Program-made: the position numbers and the translations under genes
The notes under the pieces: model-generated
Told to the model about the DNA's origin: nothing
Database searches by the model: none
Seen by the model: only the letters and a program-made list of their open reading frames with translations
Source of the DNA: a virus
Lineage: Duplodnaviria > Caudoviricetes
Reading direction: 5' to 3' (one strand)
IMG/VR virus record: IMGVR_UViG_3300031629_000002
Coordinates: 343 to 64,342 of that record
Length of the DNA: 64,000 nt
Shown here: positions 37,519 to 46,727 of the stretch, piece after piece
Position numbering within the stretch: the first letter of the stretch is position 1
Layout of the letters: each line of letters opens with the position of its first letter

Positions 37519-37534
37519 GGTTCATATAGGCCGG
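37519..37534 (+). promoter_or_regulatory. Putative early promoter, second copy of GGTTCATATAGGCCGG
   Basis: Identical to 33683-33698; both copies are preceded by CCCTTGAATA. Confidence 0.65.
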
Positions 37535-37603
37535 TGTCTGTGGGTTGGTTGTAGCGGGTCAAACATCACAACCTGCTGACAAATAAAAACGGAGGACAAA
37601 AAC

Positions 37604-39439
37604 ATGCAAGCAATAAATGAAAATAATGAGCCAAGTGCTACCCTCGACCACATCGTGGTTGTTGGCAGTATCACCCAACGAACGCCAACACAGGTTACTG
37701 TGTCCTACCCATCTATGATGGGCGACACTGACTTGACAGTCACTCGCACCGAGTTCGGTGCTGGTGGTTCAATTGGTGTGCGACTGAATGACACCATGAG
37801 CAACGAAGACACCAACCGTGCCTTCGCTATCAAGCGATGTGTTTGTCCAACATGCGACAACAACAACGAAGGATCTGAAGCCGTCATCAGTGGTAACACA
37901 GACATCAACACATTAGTTAGTGAACTTGAAGCAATCAACGCACGCCGTGTCGTCGTTGAAGTCAATGAGAATCGCACTACTATCAAATGTGGCACATGTA
38001 AGGGAACTGGCAAGGCATCTACTTTGCCTCAATCTATCTCCCCTCTAATCGACGGTGAATGGCAAGACCTTACTGAATCCATGAATGGTGGCGAACTACC
38101 GGCATCACACATGCCAGTATTCCCTTCTTCATTCAATGGTCGTCGTGGTGGTATTGTTGATAACATCACTGACATGACAATGGTCTTCAAGGAAGCACAA
38201 TTGGAGAACACCAAAGGTGACATGGTTGGAACTGGTATCTACACCGTTCTAAACGAAGGATATGCCAATGAGGACAATAACTACCTCGGTATGCAATTGG
38301 GTCGCCCTAAGACCGATTGCTACGCCTTTGCTCAACACAGCACCATCATTGACGAGTTCGGTGATTGGTCTTCTAAAGCAGGATTGCCTTACACTACATA
38401 CGGAACAAACTACGGCCAAGACGCTGTTATGGACATCCGTGTTATTGATGGTTCAATGACAAAGCAGGAAGTAATGGACGACCTTCAAACTCGCTTAGAA
38501 GCGGGTGAGTTCGGTGACAATACTGGCTACGGTTTAATGTCCACATTGGAAGCAAACCCCGACCTTGGTAACATTGGATTCGGAGTCCAGATCCGCCATT
38601 CATTCGACGGTGCCCTCACCATTCGTGGTGTCTCGGAACGCCTATGGTGCTTGAACGGCTGTTCATCCACTAAGGAAACTGTTATTCTTTCAGCAACCCA
38701 CAAGAAGGGTGTTTTTGAGAACCTTAACTTTGGCAACATCGCTAAACTTGTAATGACGGCGGTTGCTTCAATGGTTGCTCAAAACAGCGAGGTTGAGAAC
38801 ATGAATGATATTATGCTCGGTTCCCAAAACCTTGAGGCTCTAATTGCGCTTCAAGTGAACCGTGGCCTCATCTCCTACCCATCTATCGGACAGGACTCTC
38901 AATTGACTGGTGGACGCCAATACCGTGCCTTTACTCAAGGCTGGGGCAACCCCGAAGAAGCATGGGTCGCTGTTGGCGAAGACTTTGGAGGTTCTCAAGT
39001 CGGTTCTCTTTACCAAGCATACCAAAACACCAACGGTATCATCAATCACCAACCTGCTGTCAATGATGCACATGGTAGAGTCGATGGTGGTAAAGCGGTT
39101 TCATTCGCTAAGACCAACGCTGACCTTGCTAAGCAACATTCTCTCTTTGTTGAGATACAGAACGATGCTCAACGGGCTTTCGCTGAAACAATGGGTCATT
39201 CGCCACAAGGCAACGAACTCAATGAGTTCATCGCTGAACATGGCATCCCAATGCTCAATGAAATGGTCGCTACTGAAACTCGATCTGAAACTGTTGGCAC
39301 TGATTCACACGGCAACATCACTATCCGTGAATGGAACGCTGGTGACATCCTCCCAACAGTCGTAAAGAATGTTGGACAGGCCAATGAAGTCTCTCGCACA
39401 CTTGACGCAATCTACACCCCTATGGCGGTGGTTGCTTAA
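37604..39439 (+). CDS. DUF932/DUF945-like protein with N-terminal Zn finger
   Basis: CPTC..CGTCKGTG; GVQIRHSFDGALTIRGVSERLWCLNG fits the (N/H)SxDG...RxxCxNG signature. Confidence 0.65.
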   Translation: MQAINENNEPSATLDHIVVVGSITQRTPTQVTVSYPSMMGDTDLTVTRTEFGAGGSIGVRLNDTMSNEDTNRAFAIKRCVCPTCDNNNEGSEAVISGNTDINTLVSELEAINARRVVVEVNENRTTIKCGTCKGTGKASTLPQSISPLIDGEWQDLTESMNGGELPASHMPVFPSSFNGRRGGIVDNITDMTMVFKEAQLENTKGDMVGTGIYTVLNEGYANEDNNYLGMQLGRPKTDCYAFAQHSTIIDEFGDWSSKAGLPYTTYGTNYGQDAVMDIRVIDGSMTKQEVMDDLQTRLEAGEFGDNTGYGLMSTLEANPDLGNIGFGVQIRHSFDGALTIRGVSERLWCLNGCSSTKETVILSATHKKGVFENLNFGNIAKLVMTAVASMVAQNSEVENMNDIMLGSQNLEALIALQVNRGLISYPSIGQDSQLTGGRQYRAFTQGWGNPEEAWVAVGEDFGGSQVGSLYQAYQNTNGIINHQPAVNDAHGRVDGGKAVSFAKTNADLAKQHSLFVEIQNDAQRAFAETMGHSPQGNELNEFIAEHGIPMLNEMVATETRSETVGTDSHGNITIREWNAGDILPTVVKNVGQANEVSRTLDAIYTPMAVVA

Positions 39440-39535
39440 GTCGGGTAAGTGACATTCCCATCCCAAGTGACGGCCAGTGAAATGCTTGCCCGATGAGATG
39501 TTGAGTCACATACCACATACGATGGAGGAATTATC

Positions 39536-40084
39536 ATGGCTTCAATGACACAACCAAAAGCACCGCACACACCAGTGCAGATCTGCTTCCGCAGGATGCC
39601 CTCAATAGACCCGACGGGTCTAAAGGGGCTTCTCGTTGATGAGGAATCCCTCAACGCACCAAGAGTGCTTGGGATTCTCCCTTACACACCACTACCTGCT
39701 GGCATGAAGGCTGGCGGTATGGTGGCTTGTGTGGGTGCTGGTGGCGAGCGTTTTGCTTGCGACTACACTACACTCATCAAGGACACTTTACCATGCAACG
39801 AAGAACACTATACTGCCCTTATCACCGAGATGCGTGACAAGGCTGGCTGGGATGTTCAAGCAATCATGGCTACATCTATCAATCACACACTTCGCACTAT
39901 TGAGCGAGTCGCTGGCGACACATCAGCCGAGGAACTTGCACAGGTGCCGGACAGTTCGTCACCAATTACTGACGACAGCACCATTGAGGTTGAGGATTTC
40001 GTGATCGACTTTGAAATTGTCAATGATGATGTGGATTCTAAAACTGGATATGGTAGCGATGCTTTCAAGGAGGAATGGGCATGA
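39536..40084 (+). CDS. Hypothetical protein with acidic C-terminus
   Basis: GGAGG SD; 182 aa. Confidence 0.7.
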   Translation: MASMTQPKAPHTPVQICFRRMPSIDPTGLKGLLVDEESLNAPRVLGILPYTPLPAGMKAGGMVACVGAGGERFACDYTTLIKDTLPCNEEHYTALITEMRDKAGWDVQAIMATSINHTLRTIERVAGDTSAEELAQVPDSSSPITDDSTIEVEDFVIDFEIVNDDVDSKTGYGSDAFKEEWA

Positions 40085-40320
40085 GCAAACCAAACGATCA
40101 ACACCAGCAGTGGCTTGACTTGAACCCATGCGGTATGTGCGGCAACGCACTGAACCGACCCTTCGGTCGTGAGCGTTCACATGGCAATTACATTGTCCTT
40201 GAAGCCACCCAATCATGTGGCGGTAAAGACATTCACGATCTCCGTAATAGTCTCCGTAGAACATATGTCGGTCGCTGTTGTTTCGGTTCTTTGTCACCAA
40301 TGATGGAGGAATCAGTATGA
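40081..40320 (+). CDS. Small Cys-rich hypothetical protein
   Basis: ATGA-coupled; CGMC. Confidence 0.6.
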   Translation: MSKPNDQHQQWLDLNPCGMCGNALNRPFGRERSHGNYIVLEATQSCGGKDIHDLRNSLRRTYVGRCCFGSLSPMMEESV

Positions 40321-40601
40321 GTATTGTCGGTTCACTACACATTCAGTGTGGCTTTGTTGGCAAGTGCGGTGGACATGTGTTCCCCGTCGATGCTGACCGC
40401 TACCTTTCCGATCTGGCTGATGTTGCTATGAACTCCGTGAAGGAGGGTCATGCTGGCACTTATTCATACCCTAATCGCTACTGTCCTGCCTGTGAAGCCA
40501 TTGACAAGCACCGTAGTGTTGAAACTGCTCAACAGCGTGACGAGCGAATAGAAGCCCGTCGTTCGGCACAGGAAGCGGAGATGAAGGAGGAATCAGCATG
40601 A
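40317..40601 (+). CDS. Small Zn-binding hypothetical protein
   Basis: SD plus ATGA coupling; CGFVGKC...CPAC. Confidence 0.65.
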   Translation: MSIVGSLHIQCGFVGKCGGHVFPVDADRYLSDLADVAMNSVKEGHAGTYSYPNRYCPACEAIDKHRSVETAQQRDERIEARRSAQEAEMKEESA

Positions 40602-40738
40602 TTACCGATGACCCAACCTGCCCGATATGCGACATGCCAGTGCGTATGCACACAGCGACCTTCGCTAAGGTTTGTTTGCATGAGATATGCCAGCAATATA
40701 TGTTCACCGCAAAAAACACAAGGAGGCAATCCCAATGA
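40598..40738 (+). CDS. 46-aa CxxC-H-C microprotein
   Basis: MITDDPTCPICDMPVRMHTATFAKVCLHEICQQ...; ATGA-coupled at both ends. Confidence 0.6.
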   Translation: MITDDPTCPICDMPVRMHTATFAKVCLHEICQQYMFTAKNTRRQSQ

Positions 40739-40808
40739 TTTACTGTCTCAACCGAAACCCGAGATCCATTGTCACATGGTATTGTGGATGTGGGGAGTGT
40801 GATTCTCA

Positions 40809-40994
40809 ATGAGTGATTCAGCACGAACAATGGTGGGCAGTGTGTGGTTGGAGCAATTGCTTGAGGAAAACACACGCCTCAAGGCTGGTATTGCCAAATA
40901 CATTGACACCATTGAAAAGGGCGGTTGCGATACCGAACCTGTTGAATGTATTGTTGAAGAACTGGAACTATTGTTGAAGGAGGAATCACAATGA
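40809..40994 (+). CDS. Small coiled-coil hypothetical protein
   Basis: ATGA-coupled ORF. Confidence 0.6.
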   Translation: MSDSARTMVGSVWLEQLLEENTRLKAGIAKYIDTIEKGGCDTEPVECIVEELELLLKEESQ

Positions 40995-41233
40995 AACAAC
41001 CCGATGATTATTACCGCATGAAATACGCCCTACTACCGATCGATGTGCAGAAGTTCAAGGAACCTGTTGAGGGTGACATATGTCGCTTCTGTGGCGAAGG
41101 AATCGCCCAGCACACCATCGGGTCACTTCAGATCTGTCTTGCAGGATTTAGTGGCTACAATGTGGATAATGTGACACATCACTCGTCGAAATGTGGTCGT
41201 CACTGGCAAACCAAATTGGAGGAATGCCAATGA
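40991..41233 (+). CDS. Small CxxC-H-C protein
   Basis: CRFCGEGIAQHTIGSLQICL; SD plus ATGA. Confidence 0.65.
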   Translation: MKQPDDYYRMKYALLPIDVQKFKEPVEGDICRFCGEGIAQHTIGSLQICLAGFSGYNVDNVTHHSSKCGRHWQTKLEECQ

Positions 41234-41604
41234 CTCATGCACCTACCTATGAGGAAACATCAACGGTCGTTGGTGACGAACTGTGGGACATGGTTGATTC
41301 TCTTACCAAAGCATGGCGTGTGTCATGCGGCGACAAAGAGGGTCAAGATCTGTTGCACTACTTAGCCGGTCATACAGGCCGTCATGCTATCAACGAACTG
41401 ATACTTGGCTTGCCAACCTTTGGCTGTGATGAACACTGTCTTGATAAAGGACATGCTAAACAAAAACTCATCGCAAGCATAATCATCAACACCACTGTAA
41501 ATGGTGCCGACGACATGGAGGATCTTGTCTATGCTCTTGCCAGTGACTTGGCACGAATGACGAAGACGCTTGAGTCTATCAAGAAACTGGCAGGTGATGA
41601 ATGA
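41230..41604 (+). CDS. Hypothetical protein
   Basis: GGAGG SD plus ATGA coupling. Confidence 0.65.
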   Translation: MTHAPTYEETSTVVGDELWDMVDSLTKAWRVSCGDKEGQDLLHYLAGHTGRHAINELILGLPTFGCDEHCLDKGHAKQKLIASIIINTTVNGADDMEDLVYALASDLARMTKTLESIKKLAGDE

Positions 41605-41819
41605 TGCCGGACGAAAGTGCCTACATCAAATCGGAAATGCTTATGGAGATTAGGATGCACCAATCGACCCTCAAGGAGATCGAAAGGCTTACCGAATCAA
41701 TAGAAGCAAACACTCGCTTTGTCTTGGAATTAACCAAACGCCTTGAGCAACGGGCGGCTACAATAGAGGACTTACAAAAGCGGTTGGCTGACATTTCCAC
41801 AGTGGAGGAATCACAATGA
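41601..41819 (+). CDS. Coiled-coil hypothetical protein
   Basis: Heptad pattern; coupled ORF. Confidence 0.65.
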   Translation: MMPDESAYIKSEMLMEIRMHQSTLKEIERLTESIEANTRFVLELTKRLEQRAATIEDLQKRLADISTVEESQ

Positions 41820-42112
41820 GTAATTCGTCACATAACATTGAGACTTTTGATAAAGAACTCTCATACGAAGTTCGGATCGGGGTGGATGGGCTTGTGTCCA
41901 CTGGCATGGATGCAGTGAACGCCATTCTTCAAGAAAGAGGAATCACATTCGACACAGGAGTAGCCATCAACGATGGCAAACCCATCATGCGTTCGTGGTT
42001 CTTGGATTGGTCTTTGGCTGGTGCTACACCACAAACTGTGATGAGTCTTTTGAAGGAGAACGATGTTCCCTTTGAAGTTCTAATTGACATAGAGAAGGAG
42101 GAAGACGAATGA
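41816..42112 (+). CDS. Hypothetical protein
   Basis: Coupled ORF with SD. Confidence 0.65.
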   Translation: MSNSSHNIETFDKELSYEVRIGVDGLVSTGMDAVNAILQERGITFDTGVAINDGKPIMRSWFLDWSLAGATPQTVMSLLKENDVPFEVLIDIEKEEDE

Positions 42113-42381
42113 CTGGATTTGTTGAAGCACGGTATGAGGAATTACCTTTGGTGAAGCATCGCATGGTTCGACGCATGTGGAACGCTGTCAAGCAATCCAC
42201 TGGCACACCACCTACCTTGATCCACTACCGACCACCTCAAAAGTATCACGATGGTGTATGGGAACCTCGTTCGTCTTGGGTCATACACCACGAAACGGGG
42301 ACATTCACATTCAGTGGACAGAAACCGGCGGATATTACAGAAGGTATTCGCCAAGAGGGATTGATACAACAGGAGGCTTGA
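42109..42381 (+). CDS. Hypothetical protein
   Basis: Coupled ORF with SD. Confidence 0.6.
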   Translation: MTGFVEARYEELPLVKHRMVRRMWNAVKQSTGTPPTLIHYRPPQKYHDGVWEPRSSWVIHHETGTFTFSGQKPADITEGIRQEGLIQQEA

Positions 42382-42385
42382 AAGA

Positions 42386-42601
42386 ATGACTAATTGCTTA
42401 TGGAATTGTAAAGAATGCAATAAGAAAGTTAAGAATAAGGAACGAGCCTTTCATTCGTTTTGGAACTACGACCTATGTTTAGATTGCCATAAAGTGGTGG
42501 ACTACGACGACTACTACCGAGAATATAATTTAGAAACCAAAGAATACACCAATGTTTATTGTTTGAAAGACGGTGGATTTAGGAGGGATGTAAATGGGTA
42601 G
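42386..42601 (+). CDS. Small AT-rich Zn-finger protein
   Basis: CKEC...CLDC. Confidence 0.55.
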   Translation: MTNCLWNCKECNKKVKNKERAFHSFWNYDLCLDCHKVVDYDDYYREYNLETKEYTNVYCLKDGGFRRDVNG

Positions 42602-42797
42602 ATATGGCGGATTTGAATGCGGTAAATGTGGTGGTAGTCACCGAGGAATATGCCCTTCGTATGCTGATGCAACGGAGATCACAATCGACGAGGAACGACG
42701 CCGTGGGAGTGTGTGTCGCTGTGGCGACCCCAAGTGCCCTCACCGTGCATCGTGCTACTCATTCGTGGCAAAGCAGGAGAAAGACGAAGAGGAATGA
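42594..42797 (+). CDS. Small Cys-rich protein
   Basis: CGKCGGSH..IC; CRCGDPKCPH; GGAGG SD. Confidence 0.6.
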   Translation: MGRYGGFECGKCGGSHRGICPSYADATEITIDEERRRGSVCRCGDPKCPHRASCYSFVAKQEKDEEE

Positions 42798-42811
42798 CTA
42801 ATCCTACCGTT

Positions 42812-42824
42812 GATTAAATACCCC
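42812..42824 (+). promoter_or_regulatory. Putative TATA box (TTAAATA) for a leaderless transcript
   Basis: GATTAAATACCCC lies ~25 nt upstream of ATG 42844, which has no SD. Confidence 0.5.
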
Positions 42825-42843
42825 GAACCCAATGGCATAGAAC

Positions 42844-43440
42844 ATGGCGACCAAATCCAGCAAGAAGCGAAAGACCCGTGTGATGTGCGACATGCCGCAG
42901 ATCCATAGACTTATTGATGAAGCAGTAGCAGACGGTGTGAAGGATGTGGTGAACCATGTGTTGAACCTATACAAGCACGCTCGCTATCAGCAAAAACCAA
43001 CACCCGCTTCTCTCCGACAATGTGTCCGTCGAGAATGCAAGAAAAGAACACTTAGAAAGAATACGACCGTAAAGGAACCGCACATCGACTACCTCGCTCC
43101 GAAAATGAGGACGAGAAGCGGCAAAGGAAATGCGTCATATTATTACGAGGATCACGACCCGAAGGAAGTCACAAGGGATGTGACAAACCACTGGGGCAAG
43201 CCTCACAATTGGCAGAAGACGGTGAAACCTGATCCAACAGTGTCTCTCAAGCAAATCGAACGCCTCACAAAAACCATCACTGACAAATTAGAACGGTCAG
43301 TGCTTCGCCTCAAGGCTTTGAATGAGGAAGAGGGTAAATTGCTACTTCTAATCGGGGTGTTGCGGGGACGAAGTGAAGTTCTTGAAGCATTCAATAACGA
43401 TCCGCAAACGCTCAAGATTCTGTCTTGGCTCAACGAGTGA
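42844..43440 (+). CDS. Basic hypothetical protein with C-terminal coiled coil
   Basis: 198 aa, K/R-rich. Confidence 0.65.
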   Translation: MATKSSKKRKTRVMCDMPQIHRLIDEAVADGVKDVVNHVLNLYKHARYQQKPTPASLRQCVRRECKKRTLRKNTTVKEPHIDYLAPKMRTRSGKGNASYYYEDHDPKEVTRDVTNHWGKPHNWQKTVKPDPTVSLKQIERLTKTITDKLERSVLRLKALNEEEGKLLLLIGVLRGRSEVLEAFNNDPQTLKILSWLNE

Positions 43441-43499
43441 GTGGATGCTTCGTGTCAAAACGCTCAAGGGAAATCCTCTCAAAATATGAGAGTTCATAC

Positions 43500-43802
43500 A
43501 TGTCCGAGGAAAGGATATACCGACGAAAGGCTGGCGACTGGAAAGCCGTCATACTGGAACTCCATGCGGATCGAGGAATGCTTCTTGGTTCGTCGCAATA
43601 CGGGGAGATGACTGGTGTTGAACGGGTCAAGTCGTTGGTCGCAATAGACCAACCTATCTACGACGCTCACACTCGCATAGCGGAGATAGAGGATTTGAGG
43701 GATAGAGCGATCCCCATTCCCACTGGTTACAAATACCGTGTCAAAAGCATAAGGAATAAAATACACGCACTTGACGACGAAGCACTGGGGGTATTGGAAT
43801 GA
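43500..43802 (+). CDS. Hypothetical protein
   Basis: ATG start MSEERIY; coupled to the next gene. Confidence 0.55.
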   Translation: MSEERIYRRKAGDWKAVILELHADRGMLLGSSQYGEMTGVERVKSLVAIDQPIYDAHTRIAEIEDLRDRAIPIPTGYKYRVKSIRNKIHALDDEALGVLE

Positions 43803-44074
43803 TAGCATGGGAAGATCCAACGGACAGGAAGAAGGAGTTCGTTATGTCTATCACCGACGCTGACCGTGCAGGATGGCACGAAGCACTGATACACTTTCCA
43901 TATGGAGAGCCTCACTTCAAGCGTGTTCAAGGAATCCTCGAAGAACTTGGATATTATCGTCCCCGCAATAGGTGGGAGTGGGATAAACAAGAGGTAACAT
44001 ACATGCGAAGTGTGGATGATTATTACCTCACCAAACTACGCTACAAAGAACCCGAAGGAGAGGAAGAGGAATGA
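43799..44074 (+). CDS. Hypothetical protein
   Basis: ATGA-coupled. Confidence 0.6.
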   Translation: MIAWEDPTDRKKEFVMSITDADRAGWHEALIHFPYGEPHFKRVQGILEELGYYRPRNRWEWDKQEVTYMRSVDDYYLTKLRYKEPEGEEEE

Positions 44075-44244
44075 GTATAACAGAACTTAACTGCCCCGAT
44101 TGCGAAGGGCCAATGCACACATGGACTGACGGCGATCACCCCGACGAAGGGATGATACCAAGGGCCAAGTGCAAAGCATGTGGTCGCTGGATATTCACTG
44201 ATTATTTTAGGACACGCTTTAACACGAAGGAGGAAGCAGTATGA
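44071..44244 (+). CDS. 57-aa Zn-ribbon protein
   Basis: MSITELNCPDCEG...AKCKACGRW; ATGA overlaps at both ends. Confidence 0.65.
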   Translation: MSITELNCPDCEGPMHTWTDGDHPDEGMIPRAKCKACGRWIFTDYFRTRFNTKEEAV

Positions 44245-44891
44245 GTGAGGAATTAGATCTTGGCCCGTTACCAATGCCAAGCGAAGAGGATGCAACATGG
44301 GCTTGGCGGCTATGGAACTCACTACAAATTGGTGGTGAAACACTGGGTGTAGAAGGTGGGATATGGGATATGCCTAATGTCGGTCGCTATCGTCGGACAG
44401 GACAGACCGAACTGACACTTACGGAGATTCATGCCGACATGATGCCTGATCGATTAGGTATTTCTGTATGGCATAAACATGACTGGATCCGTGTGCTTGC
44501 AGACACCATTGGGTGGCATGTGGTAGGCGACCAAGTGGAGAAGGCTGATTCGGATTCACTCGCAATCGAAGAGAATGAACCTCGTATGGAACATATCGGT
44601 AAGGTGTGGGCATGTCCATGTGGCATGGTCTATACATTACTGGGTGCTGGAACTACTGAACCCCGACTCAAGGTGGGTGAAAACGGTGACTGTATCAATA
44701 CAACATGTGACATAACCATCCCTCACCCACACGCTGGTGTGTTGAATGTGGTGAACGACACAGCCGTCATCGCAAAAATGGAGGCTCAAGAACTTCTAAG
44801 TATAGCACGGGATGAGGATGAATACCCGGCTCCACCTATGGATGCTCACTTTGTTGAGAGCGATATTCCCCCGATTAGCGAAGAAGAATAA
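44241..44891 (+). CDS. Hypothetical protein
   Basis: 216 aa; CPCG..C...C. Confidence 0.7.
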   Translation: MSEELDLGPLPMPSEEDATWAWRLWNSLQIGGETLGVEGGIWDMPNVGRYRRTGQTELTLTEIHADMMPDRLGISVWHKHDWIRVLADTIGWHVVGDQVEKADSDSLAIEENEPRMEHIGKVWACPCGMVYTLLGAGTTEPRLKVGENGDCINTTCDITIPHPHAGVLNVVNDTAVIAKMEAQELLSIARDEDEYPAPPMDAHFVESDIPPISEEE

Positions 44892-44899
44892 TCGAGGGG

Positions 44900-44908
44900 T
44901 TTAAGTAG
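44900..44908 (+). promoter_or_regulatory. Putative TATA box TTTAAGTA
   Basis: ~25 nt before ATG 44930 (leaderless). Confidence 0.55.
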
Positions 44909-44929
44909 GCTACCCCCTGTGGATATGCT

Positions 44930-45280
44930 ATGGGCAACCAAAACAGACAAGGCTGGAATGAATTGAGCAACGCACTATCCTTCGGTGGCACTACTCATCA
45001 TAAGAAAACAACAGCCATCGAAACCACTCAAGAAGAGAGAGAGGCTATGTGGCGCAATATGAACAGTGCTGAAATCAAAGAAGTGCTTCACTATGACACA
45101 GAAAAAAACAAAGAACGCTTCCATGAATTGCGTGTGGCTTTTTACAGGACACCCAGTAAGACTGGGCGATTAGTGATGAATGATGGGATTGGTTGTGAAA
45201 ATTATTACGCATTGAACGGCAACCAGTCATGGCAAGAGGCCATGATTGTTCTACAAAACGAAAAGGGGGCTTCTCAATGA
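44930..45280 (+). CDS. Hypothetical protein
   Basis: Follows a TATA box; coupled to the next gene. Confidence 0.65.
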   Translation: MGNQNRQGWNELSNALSFGGTTHHKKTTAIETTQEEREAMWRNMNSAEIKEVLHYDTEKNKERFHELRVAFYRTPSKTGRLVMNDGIGCENYYALNGNQSWQEAMIVLQNEKGASQ

Positions 45281-46038
45281 GTAAGAAACGCTTCACAGCA
45301 TTCGTTGAAGCACTATCCGACGAACAGATCGATGACCTCGCTGGGGTCGGTGCATCAGTTCGTGATTTTGGCACAGCACTTGAGTCGGAGTTCTTGGCTC
45401 GTCGTGGCAAACTACTGACCGCCGAACAACGCAAGGAGAATGACGGCAAGCCGAACGCTGTCGCCAGTCCTACAATAGACATAGAAGTCCCCAATGTTAT
45501 GTGCATCATGCTCCAAACATGTGATGAGAACACCAAGACAAGGGGTCACGGCTACGCCAATGATGTTGGGCTATCCGACAAGGTGAAGACTGGTAATGTC
45601 CCACCTACGCTCGTTGCTGAAATCCTACTTGACAAACTCATTGGTATGCTCAACGGCAAGGTTGCCGACAAAGCACTGACCGAGGTTAAGAATGCCCTCA
45701 AGGACGGTATGACTGTCACTGATGGTAAGTTCACATTCGATAAGAAGGCGGCACCACCGTTGAAGCACGCTGTTGAGGTTGCTGAATGGATGGCCGAACT
45801 CAAGACATCATTCGTTGGCTCTACCAACGGTGCTACCCACACCAGCATGGAGGTCATACCAATACCTCTAGATCCACATTCCACACCACTGATGATGAAC
45901 GCCGACATAACAGGAGTCCTCCCGTCGCCTGTTGGTTCACCACCAACCCCCAACCAAGATGTGGAACTTGTAAGTCCCGATGTTGTCGCATCGGGCAACT
46001 CTACTTTCATTGACTCCTTTGACGAGGTGGTTGTATGA
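45277..46038 (+). CDS. Hypothetical protein
   Basis: Start MSKKRF via ATGA overlap. Confidence 0.7.
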   Translation: MSKKRFTAFVEALSDEQIDDLAGVGASVRDFGTALESEFLARRGKLLTAEQRKENDGKPNAVASPTIDIEVPNVMCIMLQTCDENTKTRGHGYANDVGLSDKVKTGNVPPTLVAEILLDKLIGMLNGKVADKALTEVKNALKDGMTVTDGKFTFDKKAAPPLKHAVEVAEWMAELKTSFVGSTNGATHTSMEVIPIPLDPHSTPLMMNADITGVLPSPVGSPPTPNQDVELVSPDVVASGNSTFIDSFDEVVV

Positions 46039-46406
46039 GTGGTTCGTCGCCAAACATGGAACCTTTCTTGATTGAGAAGGTCGAACACCTATCCAACATG
46101 GTGACAAAACTAATCGATCAAGTCGAGGAACATGATGCTGAAATCATTCGCATGGCTGAACAATTAGAAAACCAAAGCCATATACTCCAAAAACTCGGTG
46201 TTCTAAAGGATAAGTGGGAAGAACAATTTTCCACTCTTGAAGAGGCCATTGAGGAACACAAAAGGGAGAACCCCAATGACCGTTTATACGAGATAGCAAA
46301 GGCCATAGAGGAACTTCAAGACATATTCCGCAACAATGGCATCATCACTATACAAGACAAGATCGTGAAGGATGTTATATTTAATTCCGGCATAGGAGCA
46401 GTGTAA
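46035..46406 (+). CDS. Coiled-coil protein
   Basis: Heptad repeats; GAGGTGG SD. Confidence 0.7.
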   Translation: MSGSSPNMEPFLIEKVEHLSNMVTKLIDQVEEHDAEIIRMAEQLENQSHILQKLGVLKDKWEEQFSTLEEAIEEHKRENPNDRLYEIAKAIEELQDIFRNNGIITIQDKIVKDVIFNSGIGAV

Positions 46407-46409
46407 TAG

Positions 46410-46727
46410 ATGTCCGATAATCGCTACAACCAAAAGGAACACGCTGTAATACAGACCACATTCACCATAGGTGAAGAAGTCCGTATTTTGACACAGGATG
46501 CCCAAGACACACGGATCATGAACATCCGTGTCTTTAGAGTGGCTCCATCACGCAACGGTCATGTTGGCTTCACCAAGAAGGGGTTCTACTTGACCGAGAG
46601 CGAAGCACTGGAACTGCGAGACAAACTCAATGAACTACTCCATGAGGATAACATCTCAACCCTATTCGACAAGGTGGACACCAAAATGACACCTGTGCCG
46701 GAGACTCTTAAGCGAGGTGGTGTATGA
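46410..46727 (+). CDS. PC4/Sub1-like ssDNA-binding protein
   Basis: IMNIRVF......GFTKKGFYLTESEALEL fits the PC4 'DIR...PTKKGIxL' signature. Confidence 0.7.
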   Translation: MSDNRYNQKEHAVIQTTFTIGEEVRILTQDAQDTRIMNIRVFRVAPSRNGHVGFTKKGFYLTESEALELRDKLNELLHEDNISTLFDKVDTKMTPVPETLKRGGV

